A program made the translations under genes and the position numbers. Below the pieces are notes generated by a model. The model was not told the origin of the DNA. It saw nothing but the letters and a program-made list of their open reading frames with translations, and made no database searches. Source: Amphiscolops sp. MND2022 (taxonomy: Eukaryota). From it: a DNA stretch of 64,000 bases. Positions 46,393-58,977 of the stretch are shown here, in pieces. Numbering within the stretch: position 1 is the first letter of the stretch; the number at the start of each line of letters is the position of its first letter. The stretch covers positions 186,001 to 250,000 of the forward strand of contig CAXLNC010001087.1 of assembly GCA_964187785.1 (NCBI GenBank), in the 5' to 3' direction.

Positions 46393-49300
46393 ATTAGTTT
46401 GACACAATNNNNNNNNNNNNNNNNNNNNNNNNNNNNNNNNNNNNNNNNNNNNNNNNNNNNNNNNNNNNNNNNNNNNNNNNNNNNNNNNNNNNNNNNNNNN
46501 NNNNNNNNNNNNNNNNNNNNNNNNNNNNNNNNNNNNNNNNNNNNNNNNNNNNNNNNNNNNNNNNNNNNNNNNNNNNNNNNNNNNNNNNNNNNNNNNNNNN
46601 NNNNNNNNGGATAACCGACAGGGATAACCTTTTTTACCTTGATGTGCGGTACACCTCATTCCGATAAACTAAACCTTTACATCACTAATGATCTTCGCAT
46701 ATGTTATTTTTTTTGATAATTCGGGGCTGAATTACAAACCGCGTATGCAACTTTGACGATTTTGAATTGAAGAATGTTGCTCAAAACAACAATTTTTTCT
46801 GTCAACCTGGATCCGAATCATCCAAAAACTGTAGGTTTATGCGTCGTAATGATATGGTTTCATACGGAACCTGGAACCATATGGTTTCATGCATGGAATT
46901 GCATGGAATTTCAACTTGTGTTGACCAACACAGCTTTAAATTCCATGCATGAAACCATCTGGTTCATCATAATCCATTATTGCCGTGCCCATGAATGGTA
47001 TCACCCAGACCCATATGACTCACTGTATGGGTTTACATGATTTGTTTCTACCGCATGGAGCTACGAATCTCCATTCACAGAAGCTGATCGACCGAAGACT
47101 GAAAGTAAGTCTTAATCAAAGGAAACATGGTAATCGTGCCAATTTCCGGACAAAATCTCACATGAATGCCTGCATTGGCTAAAAATAGGATATTTTAAAA
47201 AATCATTTGAGTCCAGCACAACAAAAACACAGGGAGATAACCAAAAGGACAAAACTCTTTCAAAATTATCATACACGTTTTTTGGCGGCAAAAAGTTTGA
47301 AACCATTAGAAGCTGGAGTCCTTAAGGTGGAGAATTGAAAGCATTTTGTGAATGACACTTGAAAGTTCTCACGTGACAAAGCCCACGTCATCACTGTTTT
47401 GGTACAACATTTTTTACAGTTGCCAAGGACGCGACAGAAGTGGAGTATGAGTCATACAACTATCAGTGTGTCTTCTCCGAGGGAATCGTGGCTGCTTGGT
47501 CTTCTATGCTCACCACCAAGGCATCACATTCAAATTCACATTTCACCCTTAAATTCTTTAGCAACTACATTTGAGGCTAGCTCAAAGTTTGAAACAAACA
47601 ATGAAGCATGCACGAAATGAATTTTTGTTTTTCTTTAGTCGGCGCTTTTGGTTAGTTGGCACTGTACAAGGTCAAGTTGTCCCTCTTAAATCAGTCTTCC
47701 CCTCTTCAGATATTTTATAATTTTACTTGAATTATAGAATCGCCGCACATCAAATGGGCCCCTTGGTTTTTACTTTCAATGTTTCCAAATATGAAAATGA
47801 TTACTAGAGCCCTAAAGAGTCTCTTTTGGATTATTTTTGGCACTGGGAGGGTTTTCCAGAGTTTTCTCAAAAATAGGTCTTCAGCGTATTTGAAGTACTT
47901 TGCGTTTTTGAGGCTTTTAGACGGCATAATTCGAACGGCTACATTATGAATCAGCTTTTATTTTAACAGATCAAAGTCAATAGTTAGTTCAAACTGCCGC
48001 TTAGACTTTAGTGCATTTCTTAAATCGAGATCAAAAACTTGACTGAAAAATTTTATTACCATACAAAAAACACACTGGAAAGTCGAATGCGTAAAATTGT
48101 TCATGAAGTTTTCAGAAAGCACGTTTTGTTCCAAATTTGGGCGATGAACCAAGATTTGAAAATAATAAAAAAACGAAATAATGAACAATACAAGTGAGTC
48201 AGAATCAACACAACCACCTGAAGGTATATCAGAACTTACCAAACTATCGTGGTAAAATCAAATCGTTTTCAAAAAGGTTATGTTGTGTCTATGAGCCATC
48301 TAAACACTTAATCCGGTATTATATAAGATCTCGACAACTAAAGGCTATCTCCGGTACAGATGGCCCTCGACCAGTCTTTATATAACCTGACTATATATAC
48401 ATTGCGTTATACAAAAACCAACAGGGCGCCAATTCGAGAGGTTCCCGCTTTGTTTGATTGTCTAGGACCTCGAACATTCATAGAGTGCTGAACTTTTAAA
48501 TACTTGCAACAATACATCGTTTTGAAACTTCCTTGAACCAGAAAAATTAAATAATTGCTAGTATTCTTGAGAACTTAGTTGTTAGTAGTTTACTAGCTGC
48601 TTTGCAGTGTAACTGCTTTGCTTGGCTGAGTTAAAAGAGTGGTAGAAACCTAAAGGGATGGGTCTTGGATGCACATGACTGGCTCTTATGTGCCTGTAGG
48701 TCCGTTTTGATTCACTTGGGTATCATGGAAATCCACGAACCTGTCCTAGCTTGTTATTGCTAAAGGCAACGGGCATTTTACATCCACAAAACTACCGTTC
48801 GGATAGCTTTCGATTAGAATTTTTCGCCAATTTTTTTGCGATTGAGTAGTCGTTAGAAAGTTACATAATATTACACAATGTTGAAAGTTCAAGATCACAT
48901 CGGGAATAACACTAGTCAGCGCCCCGCTGAAGGCTCAAACAGCACAAAGTACCTCGAATAGTTTGGCAACTGTTTCTGAGGAATTTAGCAGTATCTCACA
49001 GTTCTGAAATACATTCCAAAAGATGCTGGTTTAGGCCGCGAAGGGCTTTTTTGACATTGAAAACTTCGAAAGAAATCCAAGCTTGGACTCTTCTGACTGT
49101 TTGTGAAAAAGGTTTCAAAAGTCACGAAAAACCCGCCCACACGTTTGTTATTCGAGTATATTTATCTTTTTTTAAAAAAAGAAATTTTTTGAGATGTCAA
49201 GACATTTAATCTTATGCAACTTTAACCGTTGTCTTTTCATCCGCTCTCAATTTCAACCTATTGCATTTTTAACATTGTGCAATTTCAATCTATGCTTACT

Positions 49301-52300
49301 TCGACTAATTTAGTTAGTCGTAGTTAGTTTAATAAATTTTTTATATTGCTTACAATTCCATACAGTTTTAATATCAAACATGCCAACTTTTACGCCAGTT
49401 TTGATATGCTTCGGCATCTTCAGCTTGCCTAATTCACTACGAAATTGTAATGAAACAAGACGTCCGCTATGCACCAGGATGTTTTCCGCCTTCAATCGGC
49501 TAACAATAGACACTTATTCGAAAATTTACTTCCTCCTTGGTAAAACGCAAAAGATAACGTCAAAATTCGGAAAGAGCGCAATTGTTTCCAACCTCCGTTT
49601 CCTCTGTAGTAAAACACAATTAACTTCGGATAATAATTATAAAATGGAGTAAAAACAACGAGATTTGACGGATTTTTTAATGAAAAAAACGCAACACAGA
49701 TTATGATCTTCCTCCCCCTACAGAATAAAATATGGGGGCGGAAAATAATGACTTTGCAACCAAATTAGGAGTAAATTTGTTCAAGTCGAGGAAATTTGAA
49801 AACGCAGTAGGGTGACATTTTTAACGGTTTAGATCGCTCAAGTTGAAACTGCTGTCACCATCCGCTCGCGGTCGGTGTTTTACCTGTCATGAAAGCATTC
49901 ACAGATACACAAAGGGACTCGGGCATGTACAGCAGAGTGAGTACTAAAATTAGAGTTAGGTATTTGATTCTACTTACAGCACAGCTGAAGAAATCGCAAG
50001 AACTTTCCAAATCACTAAAGTTAACGCAAAGGAAACGTAGAATTTCAGAAAATGATTTTTGCACTAGCTAAACTTCCGATCCAACATTTTTGAACGTGAA
50101 TAATTTTTATTTCCGGTCTCATCTTCCAGAATTTCTATGCTAATCTAAATATCAAAACAAGAGCAAAATTCGAAAAAGATATTATTTCTTCTTCCTCATC
50201 CCGATAAAAAATGTTGAAAACAAAATATAACTCCGTGAACTCTACGGAGCTCATACAACCTAAAACGGAAAGCATACAATTTGGCACTAAAAGTACATAC
50301 TTTTCCAGTACTGGAGTAGTTGTCACAATTCACCTAAAGTACAGTCAAGCAAATAATTACAACGTAATGACGGCATTGTATAGCAAAGTTGTTTAACTTT
50401 CATTTCCGACTTAACGGACCAATAACGTCGCCGCTTGGTTGAGCTATTTGCGCTCAGTCCAATAAGAGCAGATTTCCGTGACGTCATTTGCTAAGAGAAT
50501 AAGAATGCACTCCTTCGCTCTCCGATACCTCTCCGTTAAGTGCTGGCCAGCTATAGCCAATCTTAATACATATCAAGACGCTACGGTGCGATTGTAAAAT
50601 TGTAATAATTAACTTGGCATTTTAGGCTCATTTCAGTGAGTATCGTCTCCAGATAACGGTGAATTATGAAAGTTGTGAATGTAGAGTGTTAAAATGTAAA
50701 ACTGCGTTGTACGATGAAGACCTTGTGAATTGTTTTAAGAAGAAAATGAATGTGAAATGAAGCAAAATTCATTCTCCCTGTTCCTAGTTTCCCTTATTGG
50801 AAAGATCGTTAACCTTACGTTGCTCGGATTGCACTCTTGAAATTTACACAGACATGTTCCATCTAGTCACTCGATTTGATCGAGCCAGTAACCAAAAATA
50901 CAACGTAAGGGCAACGTAATATTAATGCGTGCTTCTTTCCTGAATAATTGTAATTCCATACAAAGCGCTCTTGTTGGGTTTCATGATAAAATTGTGATTG
51001 TCGTGCATGAAGTGATAATATGTTCATGTAATTAAGCGATAATCGATGTTCCATAGATATTTAATATGAAATGGGTTTTTTGTTAATCGTAAGGTCTCCG
51101 TTGCTCTAGTATCTGTGCTGTATTTTGAATATGGTAGTAATAGTATATCGTGTTTCTAGTTCAATTGAATTTATCTATGTAACCACCTGTATTGATTAGG
51201 ATGAGTCATCTTGGGATCATTTGTTCCTTTATGGTCCAAGTTTTTTGTCGATAAAGTGGTCCGCTCCGTTTCAGTTGCGTTGCCTTTTTTGCGTGTTATA
51301 CTGGTTTTAATATTCAAAACCCCTAACTTGGGAATTGACTAACTGTTCATACCGGCGTGCGGTCATCTATGAAAATATTGAGCAGTCTCCTAATTTGGCG
51401 CCCTTTTTGACGTTCAATCAGGAAATGTACTGGATTGAACAAATTATGAATTCAACGAAGGTGACGAATAAGCAAAGTAACTAGTCTTTTTGATATCCTA
51501 AATTTATGACGCGTGACTGAAATGATATGAATCCTTAATGATTTTTAGTGAACAAAGCCGATTTTCATTATACCTAGGAATTTTTAGGTGAGGAACAAAC
51601 GATGCTAGGAAGGAATATATAAGAAAGACGAACATGTAAAATTCAATTAAAATTGTTCTGTTCTAACTCTCTGTTACAAAAACGAAAATTTTTCTTTGTC
51701 GAATTCACGAATACTAAAGAATCTCTTCTTTTAATTCTAAAATGACAACTAGAAGCCGAAAGTGAAAAGCTGTTGAAGAGGTAGTCTCTCAAGACTCGGA
51801 AACACCTAAAGCTGCGAAAAGTTTAGCTGAAAATCTCATAGCAGTCCCTAGGAAATTTCTTAAAATACATCTTGAAAACTTTCACGAGATAAAAACCTTG
51901 CTGCTCAGGAAAGAAATAATGTCAGACTTTGTCAAAATTCTTGCTAAAAACCAAAGGAGATGTTAAAACTAATAGCCCCAACATCTGAAAAATCTGTTTA
52001 TTACCAAAACGCCGGAGACTCCAACTCTGAAACGGAAAATGTTTCTCCGATAACTGCATCGACTCCTACAAAATCTATAACGACTACATTTAAAACCACC
52101 CCGTTAACTAGTCGTAACATCTGCATAGGACGAAGTGTCATTTTACCCTTTTTGTGGGCCGTTAACCCTCTTTATTTTTAGTCGGCGCTTTACTTTAGAA
52201 AAGAGTCGACTATAGACATGGCTTTTTGTCAGTGTTTTTTAAGACCACTTGAACTGACCAAAATAATTCTACAAAAGTTCTACAAAATATTATTGCACCA

Positions 52301-52374
52301 AATTTCACTATTTGGTCTAGCGAACTGAACCAAAAAGGTTTTTCTTGTTTTCCCCGCGTAACATACCACACCGG

Positions 52375-52647
52375 GCAAGACCAAAGGGTCCCCCTTTCAG
52401 TTTTTTTTCGGCATTATGAGACTTGTTTTCCCCAAAGGGTCCCTCCTTCAATTTTTTGATGTTTTGCGACAAAGTGGATTTTGAAAACCCCTAAAGGGTC
52501 CACCCTTTCAGTTTTGTTCGGTATTGTGAGACCAAAAAATTTTTTCATGAAAGGGTCCCCAACTTACCAATACTTTGACATATTGAAGTCCTTTTGCTAT
52601 TTTTGAGCCTTAGATATGGCGCCGACTTGGACCGGTCCCGGCTTCTT
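52375..52647 (+). repeat. Dispersed repeat (aaagggtcccc iterations ending gatatggcgccgacttgg..ccggctt)
   Basis: A related copy lies at ~55290-55512 and an inverted end motif aaacaagccggg..cccaagtcggcg at ~63323-63350. Confidence 0.7.
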
Positions 52648-53404
52648 TAGTCTTATCGCAGAACGTTTGTGGACTGCTTTTAAAGAACTAGAAGAAAGAC
52701 ATTATTAAAGACCACCAGAACAGTTGCGTTTTATTCTATAACAGGCCAACTTAGAAAATCCGTTCGAAGGTTAAAGAAGTTTCGCCCTTGAACATGGACT
52801 AACATTGCACTGTTTTTGGAACAAGCGAATAAGACAATCAACCTTTCGTGATCACAATCCAACTATTCGAAACTGTTCTTTCTAAATCCAAAAAACGAAA
52901 CCCCAAAGTGTGAAATATATGAACTTTCGGTACATAAATAATCTGGTTCGTGTATATCGAAAAAGCGTCAAATATTTATCAGCTTGATTGAAGCGAAATT
53001 CGGTGCTGGGAAGATTTAAACCTTGACCTTATTTTTGACGAAACGTAAAAAGACAAAACAACATTTTATCTGAAGCATCTGAAGTATGTACATTATAATC
53101 AAATGATACCACTTTTTTTCAAAAAGTGCGCTCTTCTCAAATAAAATTAGAAAAGTTCACTATATCATAGAACCCTTTCCGTTTTAGCTCGAAACTTCTC
53201 GATTTCTAACCACTAGGTAACCGCGTCGTTTTTTTCACGTTGTTTCTGGAAAATTTTAACCTTTGTTCGAACTATTTTGCCTAATTTGCATGAGCCTGAA
53301 CATACCTACGGAAAGCAACTATAAATCTCGGTTTTTTCATTCACTTACAATGCTTAATGAAACAAACCATGGGTGACGTGTGAACTTGATCCCTTGGCAT
53401 TTAG

Positions 53405-56187
53405 TTCTCCTGTTCGTTCGACGTCTCAAAGTTTCCATTTGATAAGCATGATTGTCGGATCAAATTCGGACAATGGATATTCACGACTGATGAATATTCT
53501 CTGGGTAAGTACACAACCTTGCTCATTTTAGCATTTTAAGGTTAATAGTTTGATGATATAGGTTGTCAGTAGGGGCATTTATGATTGATCAAATTGGACT
53601 AAAGTGCTGGGTTTAAAAGCAATACCATTTCATATAGTTTTCCCCTGTTGGTAAAATTGAAAAAGTCCACAATATGGACTCTTCAAAATGCATTCTTCAC
53701 ATCTATTCCACCTAGCTTCAGCATTTTCACTCAAACGAAACTTTGATATCTTAATCTGCAATTAAACTTACCAATACAGCAAAATCCCAGTTTTTATATC
53801 AGTTATCTATGCTCCGAAGTTCTATTTGATATCTCATAACTGTCCTTTCTGTGCAGTTTATTTTCGGACCTTTCGTTTAAAAGTTATCCAAGTTTTTTGT
53901 AGGAGTTTACGAGGAAGAAAAACGCTATGGGTCATAATGATAATTGATACTTTGTTGCATAGACTTGGATTCCATTTGGGCCAAAAACATGAACGAAGCA
54001 GATTTGAACTTCTACAAACCTCACGACCAATGGAAACTTTTGAAACCCCTTATCTACACAGTGGGACAAAGGATTACCCACATTGGAACCACCATGCAAG
54101 TAAGAGTTAAAACTTCACTTTTATTCCAATGATCAAAAATGCTTTTTGGAAAACTTTGGTTTTCTGAATCTTTGAAGATAATGTTCGCAAACATCTGTTT
54201 TCGCTCAAAACAAAAAAAATGAGGAGAGATCTTCGGTTTTCAAAAGATATTATATTCGAAAAACAGCCGCAGAGTGCCAAAACAACAGAACCAGGTTTCC
54301 CTTCAACCTTTGCAAGCATAAGGAAAACCATGATCCGTCGGGACTCGAACTGTTCTTCTTACTTCCAGTTTGCATCGCCATGCAGAGAAATCCGGGATTG
54401 CTTCTATGGCAAGTGCAAAATACTTTCCAGCTTTTTACCAGAATCTATCAGCAATTGTCAGAAATTGTTAGGAAAAAATGTTTCCGTGCTAAAACTAATT
54501 TCATTGTGTTTCCTGATAAACTTGGTAAAACTGTTGTAATCAATCCGAGCAATTGAGGCATTTGGCTAAACTCAGTTTAATTATTCAAAATGATTAGAAA
54601 CTTAAACCAAACGTTTGTCAAGACATTTCCCATACACCAAGCAACGCTTCAAAACAACAGCCTAAAACAACACAGAAATAACCCCCCTTGAAACAAAGGT
54701 CTAGAAGTGCCAAAAAAGCAGCATTTTGCAAGCAATGGTAAGCCTCACTGCTTTTTAAAGCCGCAAATTTGTCCCCAATTTAATTGCAATTAAATTCTTT
54801 GTTAAATTTAACACATAAACTAAGAGGCATTTCCCGCGTGCTTAAAGGTATTCTTTGTAGTTTATGTGTTCAATTTTTTAATTTCATTATTCAAAAGTTT
54901 GTTAATTACCTGATCGATTGAATAATTTGTAACGAATTGTTGCCTTTTCAAAATGGCATGACCTACTGCTTGAGACGAATTGCAGTTTTTTTTGGCATTT
55001 GGGGCGAATTGTCGTATTGGACGAATTGTCATATGGACGAATTGTCCCCCAGCCACGATAGTTGTAGATTGGCTCATATTGAGGCGTTTTTAGTCGGCGT
55101 TTTTCTAGATATCACACAGGCTAGTTTTTTGCTTTTTTCTTTTCCGTCAAACTAAAGAGCTCACCCTGTTTGTACCATTTTTTGTGCATTATGCACTTTT
55201 ACCAAAAGTATTTGGTACTTGATTTTGAACGCATCCAAAAGTCTCTAACATGAATTACAAAACCGTTGCAAAGCAGAAGGGCAAAACATTTCCCCCTTTC
55301 CAATGTTTTCGGCTTCCCCGCCCCTTTTTCCGGCTTTATAAGTTTTTTTTCGAAGTTTTTCAATGTTTCCAAAGGGTCCCCCTTCTAATTTTTTTGATAT
55401 TTTGCAGCTGAATGGATGTTGAAAAAACCCAAAGGGTCCCCCTTTTACAATTTTAAAAACTTTCCGCTTTTTGAGCCTTGGATATAGCGCCGACTTTAGA
55501 CGTTCCCGTCTTGTTTCTATATGCAAATTTGTCTCGATTGTTGTTTCAGTGGGTGGCTGTGGACCTGAAGATTATGAGGGAGCCGAGGTTTTATAGCATC
55601 TTGTTTCTGGTACCCACTATTCTGCTGTACTTTCTGTCTCCCCTCGTGTTTCTACTCCCAGTCGAGTCTGGGGAGAAAACCTCCATGTCCATAACCCTTC
55701 TCCTTGCTCAGGTTTTCTTTCAATTTTTCCATCGCCAAATTCAAAAACAGGATAAAATTGAATTGCATTTCCTCTTTCCAATATTTAAGCTGGTTGCGAT
55801 GTAAACGATAAGTAAACCATCATCATTGGCTCAGTTGACAATGTTGCAAAAATGAAAAATCTTTTTTTTCTCCAAAAAAGATGCTGACACTGGTTTATTA
55901 AATAAGCAAGCTAATGTTACGCTGAGAAGAAATGGATTCCTGTCATTTTTTCACACTCAATTCAATCAAATGCCGAATCTCAGTGACAACCAAAAGCTTA
56001 AACTTTTGAAGGTTTTTCCTCTTCAAGTATGCTTTCTGACGTCACAACCAATATTGTATGTAGGTGGTATCGATGGGAGCTCTATCGGATGTGTTACCCG
56101 CCAGCTCATCCAACTTCCCAATCATCTCCTACTTTCTCTGCATTTCAATTGGCCAAATGGGACTCGTCACGATGCTCTCAATTCTCG
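53405..56187 (+). CDS. Cys-loop ligand-gated ion channel subunit (nAChR/5-HT3-like, cation type); four exons visible: 53405-53504, 53963-54099, 55550-55711, 56064-56187
   Basis: Cys loop CSFDVSKFPFDKHDC (C-x13-C) plus KFGQW; ADLNFYKPHDQWKLL; IMREPRFY, M1, LPVESGEKTSMSITLLL (M2); LPASSSNFPIISYFLC (M3). All GT-AG junction phases are consistent. The 5' exons and M4 were not located. Confidence 0.9.
55290..55512 (+). repeat. Second copy of the aaagggtcccc dispersed repeat (intronic)
   Basis: ccaaagggtccccctt occurs twice, followed by ttttgagccttggatatagcgccgact. Confidence 0.65.
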
Positions 56188-57116
56188 GTAAGCGCAAAAG
56201 TTATCACAGGCGAAGTGACACTGTTAGATTTTCCTTCTTTCTACTAATCTCATTGACTAATGGACTCGGCTCATTTGCGAAATGCCGGTTCCACTATTGC
56301 CCGCAGTAGATTCTTATTTTGTAAACAGTGGACTCCACAATTTCGTTCAAGTTGGCACTCACCGTCATTTTTGAAGGAAGAGACTAAAAGTTGCCATTGT
56401 TTGAGTATCTTTGTACCTGAAACCAGTGAAACTTCCAGTGTAATCAGGCGCAATGTTCGAGAGATTTTCAATGGGTTTCGCTGTATACAATTATCTTGTG
56501 TCGTTAAATTGCCAAAAACACTAGTGAAATTGAAAACAATTCAGATTCAATATATAATTGATTCAGGCATTCTGGATTTTTCGGGAACTTCTGTTGCTAA
56601 TTTGATGTTTGAAGTTGGAAAAGACTTTTTGGCAGACTCTCAGAGAAAAGTCTGTCAAAAGTCCTATCCGACTTCTCCGTTTTTCACAATTCAATCTCTT
56701 CAAAAACATTCTAACAGAATCCTCCATGACATAAATTTTTCACAAGAGTCTTGGTAAAATTTTCCAATAAGCGTGCTGGGTGAACCAGCAACTGAATTGG
56801 GATTTTTTCAAACTATTTGCCAGATTCAATTTGGGCCACAACGAAACCACAGTCTAGATGATGGACGAAGAAACAATCATGAATCCGAAAGCATCAAAGA
56901 AGCCTTTGCACGTCGCAATAAAACGAGTTTAATCTTGGTCCAGATAAAGTATATTATACAACGTCACACGGTAACCGAAAATAATCTTGTCAATTCTTAT
57001 ACCTGTGGAAATATACAAAACTTTTTATAAGATTATACAGGTCAACGTGGAAAACAATAAGAAACGCGCAGAAAGAGCATGCAGGGTTACTTCCAAGGGG
57101 AAGCATGATGTAAAGG

Positions 57117-57312
57117 TGTGACAGGGCTCAATCAAAGAAGCAAAGAACAAAACACTAAATTAAAAATAACATATGAGTGACGTAAACTTTACCAACAAGT
57201 TGTACATTTTATCTTACATATTTACAAATAATGTACTGGTTGAATTATAGAGCTTGAAGTCTGAGATCCGCTCAGTCACCATATGGTCTATACAATAAAG
57301 TATTGCTTCTCG
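57117..57312 (+). repeat. Truncated 5' LTR
   Basis: Appears identical to 62906-63101; lacks the final 28 bp and the PBS. Confidence 0.92.
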
Positions 57313-58083
57313 GTAAGTGCAAAAGTTATCACAGGCGAAGTGACACTGTTAGATTTTCCTTCTTTCTACTAATCTCATTGACTAATGGACTCGGCTCGTT
57401 TGCGAAATGCCGGTTCCACTATTGCGCGCAGTAGATTCTTATTTTGTAAACAGTGGACTCCACAATTTCGTTCAAGTTGGCACTCACCGTCATTTTTGAA
57501 GGAAGAGACTAAAAGTTGCCATTGTTTGAGTGTCTTTGTACCTGAAACCAGTGAAACTTCCAGTGTAATCAGGCGCAATGTTCGAGAGATTTTCAATGGG
57601 TTTCGCTGTGTGCAATTAGCTTGTGTCGTTAGATTGCCAAAAACACTAGTGAAATTGAAAACAACTCAGATTCAATATATAATTGATTCAGGCATTCTGG
57701 ATTTTTCTTTAAGGAAGAGACTAAAAGTTGCCATTGTTTGAGTGTCTTTGTACCTGAAACCAGTGAAACTTCCAGTGTAATCAGGCGCAATGTTCGAGAG
57801 ATTTTCAATGGGTTTCGCTGTGTGCAATTAGCTTGTGTCGTTAGATTGCCAAAAACACTAGTGAAATTGAAAACAACTCAGATTCAATATATAATTGATT
57901 CAGGCATTCTGGATTTTTCTTTAAATTCTTTTGCAAATTTGATGTTTGAAGTTGGAAAGGACTTTTTGGCAGACTCTCACAGAAAATCTGTCAAAGTCCT
58001 ATCCGACTTCTCCGTTTTTCACAATTCAATATCTTCAAAAACATTCTAACAGAATCCTCCATGACATAAATTTTTCACAAGAG
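57313..58083 (+). repeat. Duplicate of host intron segment 56188-56748, with an internal ~210-bp tandem duplication
   Basis: Begins at a copy of the GTAAG donor after shared ttctcg and ends at shared cacaagag. ORFs 56260 and 57385/57738 are near-identical. Confidence 0.92.
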
Positions 58084-58899
58084 GCAAGAAGCAACAAAAA
58101 CCCCTGAATTAGAATGGGAAAAGTGGAGAGACCTATTTGAAGTAGCTCTTATGGCTAAAAGTAACATCTCTGTAGCAGAACTTATCAAAACTACAGGTAC
58201 AAAAGAAAAAAGCCTCATGGGAGACCTGGAAGAGGCAACAGCAATGAAGAAAGTTAACAGCGTACTCTACCTAGCCCTAGGAATGGCAGCAAGGAAGACG
58301 ATTTCAGATAAATTCCCGACAACGAATATCGCTACAACTACTTTGGTCGAACTACTACAAAAATGCAAAGACTGCTTCGAAAAACCAAAAAATGAAAGGC
58401 TGGACAGATTCAAGTTCCTGAGCAGAAAACAAAACGAAAACGAAACGCTAAAACAGTTCTGGAACGAACTTAACGGACTGGCGGCGAAGTGCAATTTTGG
58501 GACAATAACTGAAAGTTTGGTGAAGGACGTATTTATTGTGAATATGAATAATGAAGAAGTTCAACAAAAATTATGTACAGAGCCCAAAACATCAATCGCT
58601 GACACAATTCAATTCGCAATAGCCTACGAAGAAGGAACGCTGAGACAACAAACATTCGATAAACTGGACAAACCAAACATTAAACACGAACCATACGAAA
58701 TCAATAATATAAATACAGAGACCAAGCGGTGGGGACCGACAAAAAAATGCTTTTGTTGTGAAGCTCCATTCAGCCCACAACACCTAAAGGAGTGTAAGGC
58801 AATGGGCAGTACTGCATGAAATGTGGAAAAAAAGTGCCACTTTGCAAAATGTTGCCAAACCAAAGGAGCCGGTAATTTTGCAAAAAGCCGGAAAATCAC
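58084..58899 (+). pseudogene. gag: 5'-truncated Gag
   Basis: RFKFLSRKQNENETLKQFWNELNGLAAKCNFG...KDVFI..M; decayed zinc knuckles CFCCEAPFSPQHLKEC. Confidence 0.85.
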
Positions 58900-58977
58900 A
58901 AAACCGCCACCGCAAAGAATCCAAAGAATGAATGGGAAGAAAGCAGTTCGGGATAAGCAATAGAAGACGATAAAATT

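Noticed and set aside
46770-47620. Coding-like stretches with splice-like signals (46930-47105, 47418-47520)
   Set aside because: There is an internal stop, no recognisable domain and no consistent partner exons, so they cannot be assigned.
48190-51600. Candidate 5' exons of the Cys-loop receptor (RPV motif ~48370; LTW...PNL segment ~51320-51477)
   Set aside because: In-frame stops or missing acceptors, and phase mismatch with exon 53405.
54980-55055. Three short ggacgaattgtc repeats ending in cagcc
   Set aside because: Probably the end of a small DNA element, but the partner end and TSD were not found.
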